DNA of 64,000 bases, taken from assembly GCA_965224085.1 (NCBI GenBank), contig CBDCYI010000004.1:608001-672000 (forward strand), read 5' to 3'. The position numbers and the translations under genes were made by a program. Position 1 is the first letter of the stretch; every line of letters starts with the position of its first letter. This document shows positions 39,940-50,053 of the stretch, in pieces. The DNA is from Candidatus Marinacidobacterales bacterium (lineage in GTDB: Bacteria > Acidobacteriota > Vicinamibacteria > Marinacidobacterales > SMYC01). Below the pieces are notes generated by a model that worked only from the letters and a program-made list of their open reading frames with translations, ran no database searches and was not told the origin of the DNA.

Positions 39940-42267
39940 TTACGGATTTTCGGACTTCGCGGCGCTGGGTCCTCTGCCCAGATGGCGGTCGAAATGCTCC
40001 ACCAGCTTTCGCGTCAGGAAGATCGCCTCGTGCTCTTTCCGGGTCCAGGCGTGTGTGGCAGCCGGGGCAAAGACGAAGTCGAAGTTCTTGCCGAGCAGCA
40101 TCAGTTTTTCCGCCAGCACAAGCGAGGTTTTGAAAGGAACGATAGCGTCCTGCATTCCGTGGAGGATGAGCAGGGGATCCTCGAGGTTTTCGCCCAGATG
40201 GATCGCCGAGACGCGGCGATACACATCCGGGTCGGTTCGGGGGAGCCCCATGAGGGCAATGTCGTCGGTGCCGAAAAATCGAGCGTCGACCGCCGGCGCG
40301 GCAGCGACGCCGGCGCGAAACAAACCGGGCTTTTTGAAGAGCGAGAACACCGTCAGCGTACCGCCGTAACTACTGCCCCAGATACCGATGCGGTCCGGAT
40401 CGACGTAGGGGAGCGTCTTCAGAAAGGCAACGGCGCTCGCCAGGTCTTTGATGTCGCCGCCGCCGGTGTCCGAGTGGAACGCCTCGCGGAATGAACGGCC
40501 GTATCCCGTGCTTCCCCGAATATCCACCTGGAGCCCGATATAGCTCCCTTCGAGGGCGAGGTATTGTTGTAGCGTTCCTCTCGAGCCCGCCCAGCGGTTC
40601 CTCGCACTGTTCGAGTACACCGGGCCCACGATCACTGGATATTTCTTCCCCGGCGCGAGCGACGGCGGTAGCACGAGACGGCCGTGCAGGGTGTAGTCGT
40701 CGATGCGACTCTCGAAGTTGACGTAGCGCGGCTCGATCCACGGATAATCGTCGAACGCGTCCGTCGGAGAGTGGGTCACCCGCCGCTCCTGGTCTCCGCC
40801 GTCCATGCTCTGAAGGTAAAGCTCGGTAGGCAAGATATCGCTGGAGTGGAGCACCGCGAGAAACGTGCCGTCCGGGGAGACGAAGGGCTCGTGGGTCCCC
40901 GGCATCGTCGTGATTGGCTGCGGCGCTCCTCCCGCCTCCGGTACCCGATAGACCTGTCTCTCGTAGGGACTCTTCTCGTTGGAGACGAAGACGATCTCGC
41001 CTCGTTTGGGTGAGAGGACGACACTCTGACCGCTTGCGCCGACGACGTCCCAGCTCGCTTCGCTTCGTGGCTGGGGCGGCCCGCCGGCGAGAGAGAGCTC
41101 GTAGAGGCGATAGCGCTCGTCCAGATCGGCGACGAAGAATATGGCCTCGCCGTCCGAGCGCCAGATAGAAGTGTAGTTGGGATAGAGGCGCCGCTCCGCG
41201 CGATCGTGCCATAGCTCCCGAACGGACAGCGTCTCTGCGGTCACGAGGTAGATCCTCCGCTCGTTGCCGTCCTCCGAGCTTTGATCGACGAGGAGCGTTT
41301 CGCCGTCCGGAGACCATTCGAAATGATTGAAGCGACGGTACGTGGAGTCCGCGAGCGGCACGAATCGAAAGCGCCCTTCGGCGACCGAGTAAAGAGCGAT
41401 GGCGCGGATCTCGTCGAAGTCTCCCGGGTAGCCCCGGCGAACCAAGTTCGGCACCGTTTCCTCGTCGAGGTAGTAAGGAAACGGGACTTTCCTCATGGCG
41501 CGGCGGTCCTCGTAGTGCAAAGCGACATAACGCGCGTTCGGTGACCAGAGGTATGTCGGTTTACCCGCATCCCAGATATAGGTTCCGAACTCGACGTCGG
41601 GACGGAAGTAACGGCCTCCCGGCACGGTGCCGACGGGAGGGACTCCCACCTCGGTGGCTTGCACGCGTTCGTTCGACTCCTGATCCCACAGCCAAAGATC
41701 TCCGGCTTGGAGAAAGGAGAGATAGCGCCCGCCGGGTGAGAAGGCGAGATGCGATGCCCCTCCCGGCTGGCCAGGCAAGCGCTCTGGCTCCGCGCCGCCG
41801 ATTTCCACCCGGTAGATCGCTCCCCGAAAAATGAAGAGCAGCGCCATCCCCTCGGGCGTCCAGATCACCTCCGATACACCGCCATCGGTTCGGGCTTCGA
41901 GCCTTCGAGACAGCCGAGCGACCGGATCGTCTTCGGGATCGATATCGGTTGGTAGCGCGTCGCGGCCGGGCTTCATGTCGGTGAGGCGCATCGGTCGATC
42001 GCCGGTGGCCTCGACGAACCACACGTCTCGAAACGGCATGCCTTCGTCGTTCCAAAGAAAGGCCAGTCGCGAGCTGTCGGGAGACCACACCGGGCGGCTT
42101 GGAGCCGTTCCGATCAAGCTGGGAAGCCGCGTGGTGACGTTCTCGACCGTGAGTCGCTCGCTCTGGCCGGAAGCATGCGTCGCGCTCACCGCGAGAACGC
42201 TCCAAAGCAGACCGGTCACGACGATCAGGAATCGAGTTTGTTCACGACGAGCCGGGATGCACGCCAT
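39940..42267 (-). CDS. S9 family (DPP IV-like) peptidase
   Basis: Beta-propeller WSPD repeats; RGSTGYG, WGSSYGG, HGMQD, H; signal peptide. Confidence 0.92.
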   Translation of the reverse strand: MACIPARREQTRFLIVVTGLLWSVLAVSATHASGQSERLTVENVTTRLPSLIGTAPSRPVWSPDSSRLAFLWNDEGMPFRDVWFVEATGDRPMRLTDMKPGRDALPTDIDPEDDPVARLSRRLEARTDGGVSEVIWTPEGMALLFIFRGAIYRVEIGGAEPERLPGQPGGASHLAFSPGGRYLSFLQAGDLWLWDQESNERVQATEVGVPPVGTVPGGRYFRPDVEFGTYIWDAGKPTYLWSPNARYVALHYEDRRAMRKVPFPYYLDEETVPNLVRRGYPGDFDEIRAIALYSVAEGRFRFVPLADSTYRRFNHFEWSPDGETLLVDQSSEDGNERRIYLVTAETLSVRELWHDRAERRLYPNYTSIWRSDGEAIFFVADLDERYRLYELSLAGGPPQPRSEASWDVVGASGQSVVLSPKRGEIVFVSNEKSPYERQVYRVPEAGGAPQPITTMPGTHEPFVSPDGTFLAVLHSSDILPTELYLQSMDGGDQERRVTHSPTDAFDDYPWIEPRYVNFESRIDDYTLHGRLVLPPSLAPGKKYPVIVGPVYSNSARNRWAGSRGTLQQYLALEGSYIGLQVDIRGSTGYGRSFREAFHSDTGGGDIKDLASAVAFLKTLPYVDPDRIGIWGSSYGGTLTVFSLFKKPGLFRAGVAAAPAVDARFFGTDDIALMGLPRTDPDVYRRVSAIHLGENLEDPLLILHGMQDAIVPFKTSLVLAEKLMLLGKNFDFVFAPAATHAWTRKEHEAIFLTRKLVEHFDRHLGRGPSAAKSENP

Positions 42268-42348
42268 TTTGAACTCCTCTCATGCGATGCGGTGAAGAAA
42301 CGCCTTAGTATACGCGCGCCTAAAGTAGGTGGGACCAAATGTCGGGCC

Positions 42349-42940
42349 ATGAGCGGCGCGGAGGCCAAACGCGGGAGCCGGCGTCCGCTCCTCGCCGCGG
42401 CGCTGGCGGCCATGGTTCTGGGTCCCGGCGCTTCGGCGTCACCGGTGCAGGATTCTGGAGGTCCCTTGATCGCAATGGACGATATTGGCTCCGTCCATAC
42501 CGGCTCCTCCCGCCGTTTGGCGATCTCTCCGGACGGGGCCAGACTCGTCGTCACCGCGTTCACGAAGGGACGGCGGGGGTGAACCGATCCAGATCACGAC
42601 CGCGGGTGGCGCCGAAGCGGTCTGGGGGCCCGACGGATCGGAGCTCTTCCATCGACGGGAGAACGTCATGATGAGGATTCCGATCAGGACCCGGCCCGCG
42701 CTCCAGGTGGGAGAGCCGGCCGTCGTGTTCGAAGGCGTCTTTCGCACGAACGCGTATGGCAATCCCTCGTACGATGTCGCTCCCGATGGCGAGCGATTCC
42801 TGATGATTCTTCCCGGGAGCAAATCGACGCCTCGGCTGGGAGTCGCGCTCGACTGGCAAGAAGTGCTCCCGCGAATAGGCCTCGGGCAAAAGCCGCAACC
42901 CCACCCGACTCACAGCTCCCTTGGCTGCGCGGCGTCGTAG
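42349..42940 (+). pseudogene. PD40/TolB-like propeller scraps typical of Ser/Thr kinase-sensor C-termini
   Basis: LAISPDG, WGPDGSELFHR, YDVAPDGERFLMI in disjoint frames. Confidence 0.55.
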
Positions 42941-44607
42941 CGTGTGGTCGGGGCGGGGACTTGGCGGGAAACGACCACGTCGACCAGGGCCGGCTTCCCC
43001 GACGCTTCCGCCCGGCGAAGGGCAGGCTCGAACTCGTCGGGATCTACGACCCGCTCCCCGTGCGCTCCGAAGGCACGAGCGACGGACGCGAAGTCGGTGT
43101 CGAGGAAATCACTCGCTTCCGGACAGAGCTCTTTGTGAAGGTATTTCTGGACGTGGTACTCGAAGGCGAGTGAAGCGTTGTTCATGACGACGGTGACGAC
43201 GGGGAGCTTCCATCGGAGCGCCGTCTCCATATCGGCGAGGTGATAACCGAGGCCACCGTCGCCGGTCAGGCAGACAACGCGCTGTTCGTCCCCCACCGCG
43301 AGCTTCGCACCCATCGCTCCCGGAAAAGCCCAACCAAGGGAGCCGGCTGCGCGCAGGCTGAATCGGCCCGCCCGTTTCTGCTCGATCAAAGTGGACGCCC
43401 AGTTCGCCATATAGCCGGTGTCCGCAACCACCACATCGTTTTCTCGCACGTGCTCGTTGAGCACGCTCATGACGAACCTTGGATCGATGCGGCCTTCGAG
43501 CATCGGTTTCCCGACGATCTCCTGAAACCGGGACCGCCAGTCCGCCACCTTGCGCCGAACCTCTGCCGTCCAGTCCTGCCACGCAAGCTTCCGTGCACCC
43601 TGCGCCGCATCCAGGAAAAGTCCGAGCGACGTCTTCGCGTCGCCCACCATCGAAAGCTCTTCGCGGTACGTCCGCCCCAGCGTCATCGGGTCGAGGTCGA
43701 CGTGAATAATCCGGCTCTTCGGATGCGGCAGCGTGAATCCGTCCGTGGCCAACGCGCCCAGACGCGAGCCGACCACCAGACACGTGTCGCACATTGCAAG
43801 GATCTCGTTCGCCACCTTTCGCGAATAGCGCCCCGCAACGCCCACCGCAAGCGGATGCGTCTCGGCGATCGATCCCTTTCCGGCGAGCGAAGTGACGACG
43901 GGTAGGTCGAGCCTCTCCGCGAAGCGGGTCAGCTCCTCCCACGCTTTCGAGAGCAAAACGCCGCCACCGGCCAAGATGAGCGGGCGCTCCGCTTGCGCCA
44001 GGATCGCAAGCGCCGCTTCGATCTCGGAGACCGGTGGAGCCACGCGCCAGCCTGGAACTTCCATCATCGTTGCGTCGCAGTCGATCGAAGCAGAGCTACT
44101 GAGAGTTGCGGAGAAGAAATCATGCGGGATGGAAAGATATACCGGGCCGGGAACACCGGAAACCGCGGCACGAACTGCCGTCGCCAGCAAGTCGAGGATG
44201 CGATCGGGGGCGGGAAGCTCTGCGCTCCACTTGGTGAAAGGCTGGAACATCGGGAGCTGGTCCACCTCCTGATAGTCCAGTCGGTGTTTCATCCGTGTGC
44301 TCGTGGAAGCGCTGATGGCCACGAGCGGACTCTTGGCCCAGAAAGCATCGATCAACGACGGCGGCAAATAGGTGGCCCCGGGACCGAACTGGACCTCGCC
44401 GAAGGCTGGCTTTCCGGTGAGCCGTGCATGGGCGTCCGCCATGCAGAATGCTGACCGCTCGCTTCGAGCGAGAACGACCCGGATCTCCTCGCGATTCTGC
44501 ATCTCGAGCAGCGGGTCCTGAGGGGCGCCGGTCAGCGTGAAAACGTACTTCGCACCGAACGCCTTCATTCCCCGCGCCAACGCTTGCGCAACGGTCATAC
44601 CCATCAT
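42910..44607 (-). CDS. Thiamine pyrophosphate-binding protein (acetolactate synthase-like)
   Basis: RSERSA, GPGA, GSLGWAFPGAMGA, TGDGG...NN. Confidence 0.9.
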   Translation of the reverse strand: MMGMTVAQALARGMKAFGAKYVFTLTGAPQDPLLEMQNREEIRVVLARSERSAFCMADAHARLTGKPAFGEVQFGPGATYLPPSLIDAFWAKSPLVAISASTSTRMKHRLDYQEVDQLPMFQPFTKWSAELPAPDRILDLLATAVRAAVSGVPGPVYLSIPHDFFSATLSSSASIDCDATMMEVPGWRVAPPVSEIEAALAILAQAERPLILAGGGVLLSKAWEELTRFAERLDLPVVTSLAGKGSIAETHPLAVGVAGRYSRKVANEILAMCDTCLVVGSRLGALATDGFTLPHPKSRIIHVDLDPMTLGRTYREELSMVGDAKTSLGLFLDAAQGARKLAWQDWTAEVRRKVADWRSRFQEIVGKPMLEGRIDPRFVMSVLNEHVRENDVVVADTGYMANWASTLIEQKRAGRFSLRAAGSLGWAFPGAMGAKLAVGDEQRVVCLTGDGGLGYHLADMETALRWKLPVVTVVMNNASLAFEYHVQKYLHKELCPEASDFLDTDFASVARAFGAHGERVVDPDEFEPALRRAEASGKPALVDVVVSRQVPAPTTRYDAAQPREL

Positions 44608-44699
44608 TTACCTCCCGAGCCGTGGGTCTCGCATGCTCTTTCCGCGCACCAGAAGGTTGCGGCTCAACGGTGGTATAACACCATCGGAGCGTATACGCG

Positions 44700-45000
44700 A
44701 TGACGCCACGAAGCGCGGAAGGTGGAAAGGTGAGCTCCGTCCACGCGCGCACTCTATCCATCCCATTGGAAAAGCCGCTCGCCTTTGCTACACGCCGGGT
44801 CGCGCGCCGGGAGTACACGCTGGCCGAGGCTCTCCACGACTACCGCTCCTGGCTCCAGGAAAACCGATCGACGATGGCCGGGGCCTATGTGGTCGGACGA
44901 CCGGCGTTCGAGTGGTACGTGCAGCGCGTGCTGATGTTTCCCTACGACAGCGACCAGCTGGACGCGATCCGGCCCTCCGGAGCCGGGCCGCGCTCCCACG
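44700..45000 (+). pseudogene. Chimeric scraps: enolase/mandelate racemase N-terminus joined to a DUF885-like segment
   Basis: ARTLSIPLEKPLAFATRRV..REY followed by ALHDYRSWLQ...GRPAFEWY. Confidence 0.45.
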
Positions 45001-45046
45001 GGGTTTTGATGTCGGAAGCAGCACTCGCACAGCTCACGGAGGAACA

Positions 45047-46666
45047 GTGATCACCCGCCGACGTTTCGTCCAACTCTGTGGGACCTCCGCGGCGGTCGTC
45101 CTTCCCCTCCCCGGATGCCGGTCGTCGCGCCCCGAGCGCTCGTCAGCGGAAGTTGTGGACAACGTCGAGGCGAAGAAGGCACTCGCCGCGGTGGGGCTTC
45201 TGAGGGCCACGCGGCGCAACGCCTCCTTCGCCGATGTGCGCATCGTCCGGAACACCATTCAAACCCTCGCAGCCGATGGCCAGACGATCTCGGGTATCGG
45301 CGGTGAATGGCACTACGGGGCCTCGCCCGAGCACGTCCTCGAGAAGGTCGACATCGGGTTCAACGTCCGGGTCCTGAAAGACGGCGCCTGGGGCTTCGCC
45401 GCCTCTCCCATCCTCGGGGAGGACGAAATGGTGGCGGTGGCCGAGCTGGCCGTCGACCTCGCGGAAAAGGCCGCACGCACGATGACCGATCCGATTCGGT
45501 TGGTTCCCGAGCCGGCGCACGAGGACAGTTACGAGACTCCCCATGACGAAGATCCTTTCGCGGTCTCCCTGGACGAGAAGGTGGCGCTGCTTCTTCGCAT
45601 CAACGAGGAGGTGCGAAAAAACCCCGACATCGACCGCGCGTTCTCGTGGATGGACTTCTGGGACGAGAACAAGTACTACGCCAGCTCGGAGGGCTCCTCG
45701 ATCCAGCAGCGCATCGTGCGCTCCGACGGCTCGTTCTTTGCGCGGGCCAACGTCGACGGCGTTCGCGCGCAGCGGCGCTTCTGGGTCAACCCGCTCAACA
45801 TCGGCTACGAGCACATCCGCCGCTCCATGGATCCGGGCCAAGCCGAACGCATCGCAGAGGAGGCGGTCGAAAAAGCGAAAGCTCCGATGATCTCGAGCGA
45901 GATGGACGCCGACGTGATCATGGATCCGCACAACCTGTGTCTGTTCGAGCACGAGTCGGTAGCCCATCCCACCGAGCTCAACCGAACCGTGCTCGTCGAG
46001 ACCAACTTCGCCGGCACGACGTTCCTCAGCCCGGAAGATATGGGAACCTACCGCTTCGGTTCGAAGGCGATGAACTTCGTCGCCGATCGGAAGCGACCGA
46101 CGCTTCGCTCCACCTGTGGCTACGACGACGAGGGCGTCGAGACCCAGGAGTGGGACATCGTGCGTGAGGGTGTGCTCGTGGGATTTCAGACGACGCGGGA
46201 GTTCGCCACCTACGTCGGCGAGTCGCGGAGTCGCGGGTGCTGCCTCAGTGAATCCTGGGATCGGGTACCGCAAGGTCGCATGCCCAACGTGAGTCTCGAG
46301 CCCGGCGGAGACGACGCCCCGTCGCCGGAAGAGCTCATCGCCGACACCCGGCGTGGCCTCCTGTTCTCCGGCTTCGCCACGCGCATCGTGCAGGACTTCC
46401 AGCGGCGCAACCACACGTACACCGCCAACGCGATCTGGGAGATCCGCGACGGCCGCAAGACGCGCATGTTGCGCGGCGCGCACTATCAGGGAGAAAACCC
46501 CGACGAGCTCTGGCACCGTCTGGAGGTCGTGACCAACCGGGCCTCCTGGCAGCCAGCAGCTCTCGACTCCGACGACATCGGTCAGCCCACCCAGCGCAAC
46601 CACAATACGCACGGCGCTCCCTGGGCACGGTTCCGAAACCTTAGGGTGGGAGGTCCAACGCTTTGA
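45047..46666 (+). CDS. tldD: TldD/PmbA family metalloprotease with Tat signal
   Basis: GGAGG RBS and GTG; TRRRFV Tat motif; GAWGFA, HESVAHPTE, GYDDEG, RMPNVSL. Confidence 0.88.
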   Translation: MITRRRFVQLCGTSAAVVLPLPGCRSSRPERSSAEVVDNVEAKKALAAVGLLRATRRNASFADVRIVRNTIQTLAADGQTISGIGGEWHYGASPEHVLEKVDIGFNVRVLKDGAWGFAASPILGEDEMVAVAELAVDLAEKAARTMTDPIRLVPEPAHEDSYETPHDEDPFAVSLDEKVALLLRINEEVRKNPDIDRAFSWMDFWDENKYYASSEGSSIQQRIVRSDGSFFARANVDGVRAQRRFWVNPLNIGYEHIRRSMDPGQAERIAEEAVEKAKAPMISSEMDADVIMDPHNLCLFEHESVAHPTELNRTVLVETNFAGTTFLSPEDMGTYRFGSKAMNFVADRKRPTLRSTCGYDDEGVETQEWDIVREGVLVGFQTTREFATYVGESRSRGCCLSESWDRVPQGRMPNVSLEPGGDDAPSPEELIADTRRGLLFSGFATRIVQDFQRRNHTYTANAIWEIRDGRKTRMLRGAHYQGENPDELWHRLEVVTNRASWQPAALDSDDIGQPTQRNHNTHGAPWARFRNLRVGGPTL

Positions 46667-48012
46667 GCCTCGGCGAGACCGACGTCCAGCGCATCTTCGG
46701 TATCGCTTTCGATGCCGCTACTGCCGAGGAAGTAGCGCTCTCGATGAGCTGGTATCACGAGGTCAACCGGGAGGTCGTTTGCGGCGTGACCAACGTGATC
46801 CGTTTCTCCAACAGCTACATCCGGGATGACACGCAGGTCCGTCTGAACTATCCGCTCGAGATCGACGTGGCCTTCGGAGATCGCGTTGGACACTGCATCA
46901 CCAATCAGCTCGACCCGGGCTCGATCCGGGACGCGGTGGCGCGTGCGGAGGCGATGGCCCGGGCATCGACGCCGCGAACGGGCCGCCGCGAGCTCGCCGG
47001 CCCTCAGGACTATCCCGACGTCCCCGGTTTCGACGCGGCCACCGCGAGCCTGACCGCGGACGAGCGCCACCAAAAGGTGGCGGGCGTCATCGAGCGCTTG
47101 CAAAACGAGGAGCTCAACGGCTCGGGCTACTTCCACGTGGACGATACGCTCGAGGCGCACGCGACGAGCACGGGCCTGTGGTTCTACCGGCGAGCGACGA
47201 AGACCGGCTACACGGTGACAGTCCGATCGGACGGGACGATGGGTCGCGCGTCGAGCCGGATCGGCTCCGGCTGGGCGGGGATCGGGGACATGCGCCGCGT
47301 AGAGGAGATCGATTTCGACGCGATCACCGCGACCGCGATCGACAAAGCGAAAGATTCCATCGACCCCCAGCCCTTCGAGATGGGTCGCTACACGGTGATT
47401 CTGGAACCTTCGGTCACCGCCGCCTTCGTCGGCCTGATGCTGGGCGTCTGGTCCGGCTCGGCGCGTGCGGTCGGTGCCTGGGGAACCTCTCACAACGTCG
47501 GCGAGCGCGTGGCGAGTGCGCTCATGACGTTGCGGACGAAACCCGATCATCCCGCGATCCTCGGAAGTCCTTACGGCCCGGGAGGCCGTCCGTTGAGCGA
47601 GAAAGTCTGGGTCGAAGAGGGAACGCTCGCCGCTCTGCCCGGCGGGGAGAACGGACCAGCGGCACACCTCGTGTGGGACGGTGGCGCGGGCTCTGTCGAG
47701 GACCTCATCGGCGGCGTCGAACGGGGGCTCCTGGTCACGCAGAACTGGAACACGGGCCTTCGAACGCTCGACCCGCCGCAGGTCAACGGTATGACCCGCA
47801 ACGGGCTCTTCTGGATCGAGAACGGCCGAGTCGTGAGACCGCTTCAAAACGCCTGGTTCACGCTTCGGCTCGACGAGGTGGCTCGGAATATCGAAGCGGT
47901 GTCGCGTCCCTACAAGACGGCTCTATTCGGCTCGTCGGGGTTGAACGGAAATCTGATGCCGGCCGTTCAGGTGGCGGGTTTCAACTTCTATCGCCCGTCG
48001 CATGCGGTTTGA
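46663..48012 (+). CDS. TldE/PmbA family partner
   Basis: IRFSNS, GRYTVILEP, GMTRNGLFWIENG; overlaps tldD stop. Confidence 0.85.
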   Translation: MSLGETDVQRIFGIAFDAATAEEVALSMSWYHEVNREVVCGVTNVIRFSNSYIRDDTQVRLNYPLEIDVAFGDRVGHCITNQLDPGSIRDAVARAEAMARASTPRTGRRELAGPQDYPDVPGFDAATASLTADERHQKVAGVIERLQNEELNGSGYFHVDDTLEAHATSTGLWFYRRATKTGYTVTVRSDGTMGRASSRIGSGWAGIGDMRRVEEIDFDAITATAIDKAKDSIDPQPFEMGRYTVILEPSVTAAFVGLMLGVWSGSARAVGAWGTSHNVGERVASALMTLRTKPDHPAILGSPYGPGGRPLSEKVWVEEGTLAALPGGENGPAAHLVWDGGAGSVEDLIGGVERGLLVTQNWNTGLRTLDPPQVNGMTRNGLFWIENGRVVRPLQNAWFTLRLDEVARNIEAVSRPYKTALFGSSGLNGNLMPAVQVAGFNFYRPSHAV

Positions 48013-48040
48013 AGCCGGGGAAACAGGAAGGAAAGACACG

Positions 48041-48511
48041 ATGTGGACTGGGGAAACTTACGCCTCGCCGTCACTCCATCGAGCGCTAGGAGCGATTTCG
48101 ATCGCCGGGATCGTCTGGCTCGGTTGCCAGGCTCAACCACCGCCGTCGGCGCCCGCCGCGGACGACACCACCTGGAGCGGCATCTGGGTATTCACGAAGG
48201 GCTATCACTGCCTGGCCCGGATGGACCCGCAGAGAACGAGCCTCTCCGATGCCGAGCTCGAAGCACTGCCAGCGGAAGAGCAAGTGGCCTACTATGAGCA
48301 ACTCCTCGGCTATTCCGGCACGGCGGGAACCTATCGCGTGGAAGGCGACACGCTCCGGCGTCAATGGGACATCAGCCTGGAACCCGACATTCTCGGTCTC
48401 GAGTCGGTCACCACGTTCTCGGTGGAAGGCGATCGGCTCACCGTCGACCTGCCGCGTCGATCACCCGACTCCGGCCCATCGGTCCAGGTCGTCTACCGCC
48501 GCCTCGAATAG
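48041..48511 (+). CDS. Lipocalin-like domain lipoprotein
   Basis: WLGC lipobox; GIWVFT, AGTYRVEGDTL, VVYRRLE. Confidence 0.6.
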   Translation: MWTGETYASPSLHRALGAISIAGIVWLGCQAQPPPSAPAADDTTWSGIWVFTKGYHCLARMDPQRTSLSDAELEALPAEEQVAYYEQLLGYSGTAGTYRVEGDTLRRQWDISLEPDILGLESVTTFSVEGDRLTVDLPRRSPDSGPSVQVVYRRLE

Positions 48512-48532
48512 CCACCGACCGTGAGACATTCC

Positions 48533-50039
48533 ATGTTCAGAATTCTTGTTTTCTCGCTGCTAGCGTCTAGCTGGGGCGTGACGCGTGTGGCAGGGCAAGG
48601 AAACATCGCGTACGACCCGGCGCTTTATCGGGCGCTCGAATACCGGATGATAGGCCCCCACAAGGGCTCGCGTACCACAGCGGTTACCGGCGTACGGCAG
48701 GAGCCTCGCACGTTCTATATGGGCAGCACCGGCGGCGGCGTCTGGAAAACGACGGACGCCGGCGAGACCTGGTTCAACATCACCGACGGTCAGTTCGCCA
48801 CCGGCTCGGTCGGGGCCATCGACGTGGCCGACTCCGATCCCAACGTGATCTACGTCGGAACGGGCTCCGCCTGTATCCGCGGAAATGTTTCTCCTGGCGT
48901 CGGCGTTTACAAATCAACCGATGCGGGGAAGAACTGGCAACACGTCGGGCTCGACGAAGCGGGCCAGATTGGACGCGTCGTCATCCACCCGAACGACCCC
49001 AACATCGTGTACGCGGCCGTCCTAGGACACGCCTTCGGGCCCAACGACCAGCGCGGCGTCTTTCGAACGATGGACGGTGGAAAGAGCTGGGAGCGTGTTC
49101 TCCACGTTCAGCGAGAGAACCGGCGCCAACGAGATCGCGATGGACGTCAAAAACCCCCGGATTCTCTACGCGACGATGTGGACCGCGGAGCGAAAGCCCT
49201 GGACGATGATCTCGGGAAGCGACGAGGGTGGCATCTACAAGACAACCGACGCGGGCGACCACTGGACCAAGCTCACCACCGAACTTCCCCAGGGGATGAT
49301 GGGGCGCACCGGGATCACGGTGTCTCCGGCGAAGCCCGAGCGGGTCTGGGCGCTGGTGGAGGCACGCGACGGCGGCATCTATCGATCGGACGACGCCGGG
49401 GAGACGTTCGAGCGCATCAACGACGACCGCGAGCTTCAGAACCGTCCCTGGTACTACATGCACATTTACGCTGACCCCGTGGACGAGAACACCGTCTACG
49501 TCGTCAGCCGCTACTTCCACAAATCGATCGATGGCGGCGTGAGCTTCGGCCCTATCGCCATGCCGCACGGAGACAACCACGACCTGTGGATCCATCCCGA
49601 GGACCATCAGATCCTGATCGAAGGAAACGACGGGGGGGCCGCGATCTCTATCAACGGCGGCGCCTCCTGGTCCTCCCAGCTGAATCAGCCTACCGCTGAG
49701 ATGTACCGGGTCGACGTCGACCATCAGTTTCCCTATCGCGTCTACGGCTCGCAGCAGGACACGTGGGAAGTGCTCTCTGTTCCGAGCCGGAGCGGCAACT
49801 TCGGAAAGCGTCTTCAGCTTCAACACTGGGACGGCGTCGGGGGAATGGAAGGCGGAGTCGCCGTCGCCCGCCCCGACAACCCGAACATCGTCTACGCCGG
49901 GAGTACCAGCGGTGCCATCACCCGATATGACCGTTCGACCGGGCAGATACGGCCGATCAAGGCCTACCCGGAAGTTGGAGGCATGCCGGCGAAATACCTA
50001 CGGTACCGCTTCCAGCGCACCGCCCCGATCGAGCTCTAA
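48533..50039 (+). pseudogene. VPS10/sortilin-like BNR-repeat glycosyl hydrolase, frameshifted near 49110 and 3'-truncated
   Basis: GGVWKTTDAGETW and repeated SxDxGxxW boxes, HGDNHDLWI; about 500 aa only. Confidence 0.8.
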
Positions 50040-50053
50040 CCGCACTATTCGCT

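Noticed and set aside
44537-45046. 170-aa N-terminal extension of TldD in the ORF track
   Set aside because: The real start is the GTG at 45047 with RBS and Tat motif; the extension overlaps other gene remnants.
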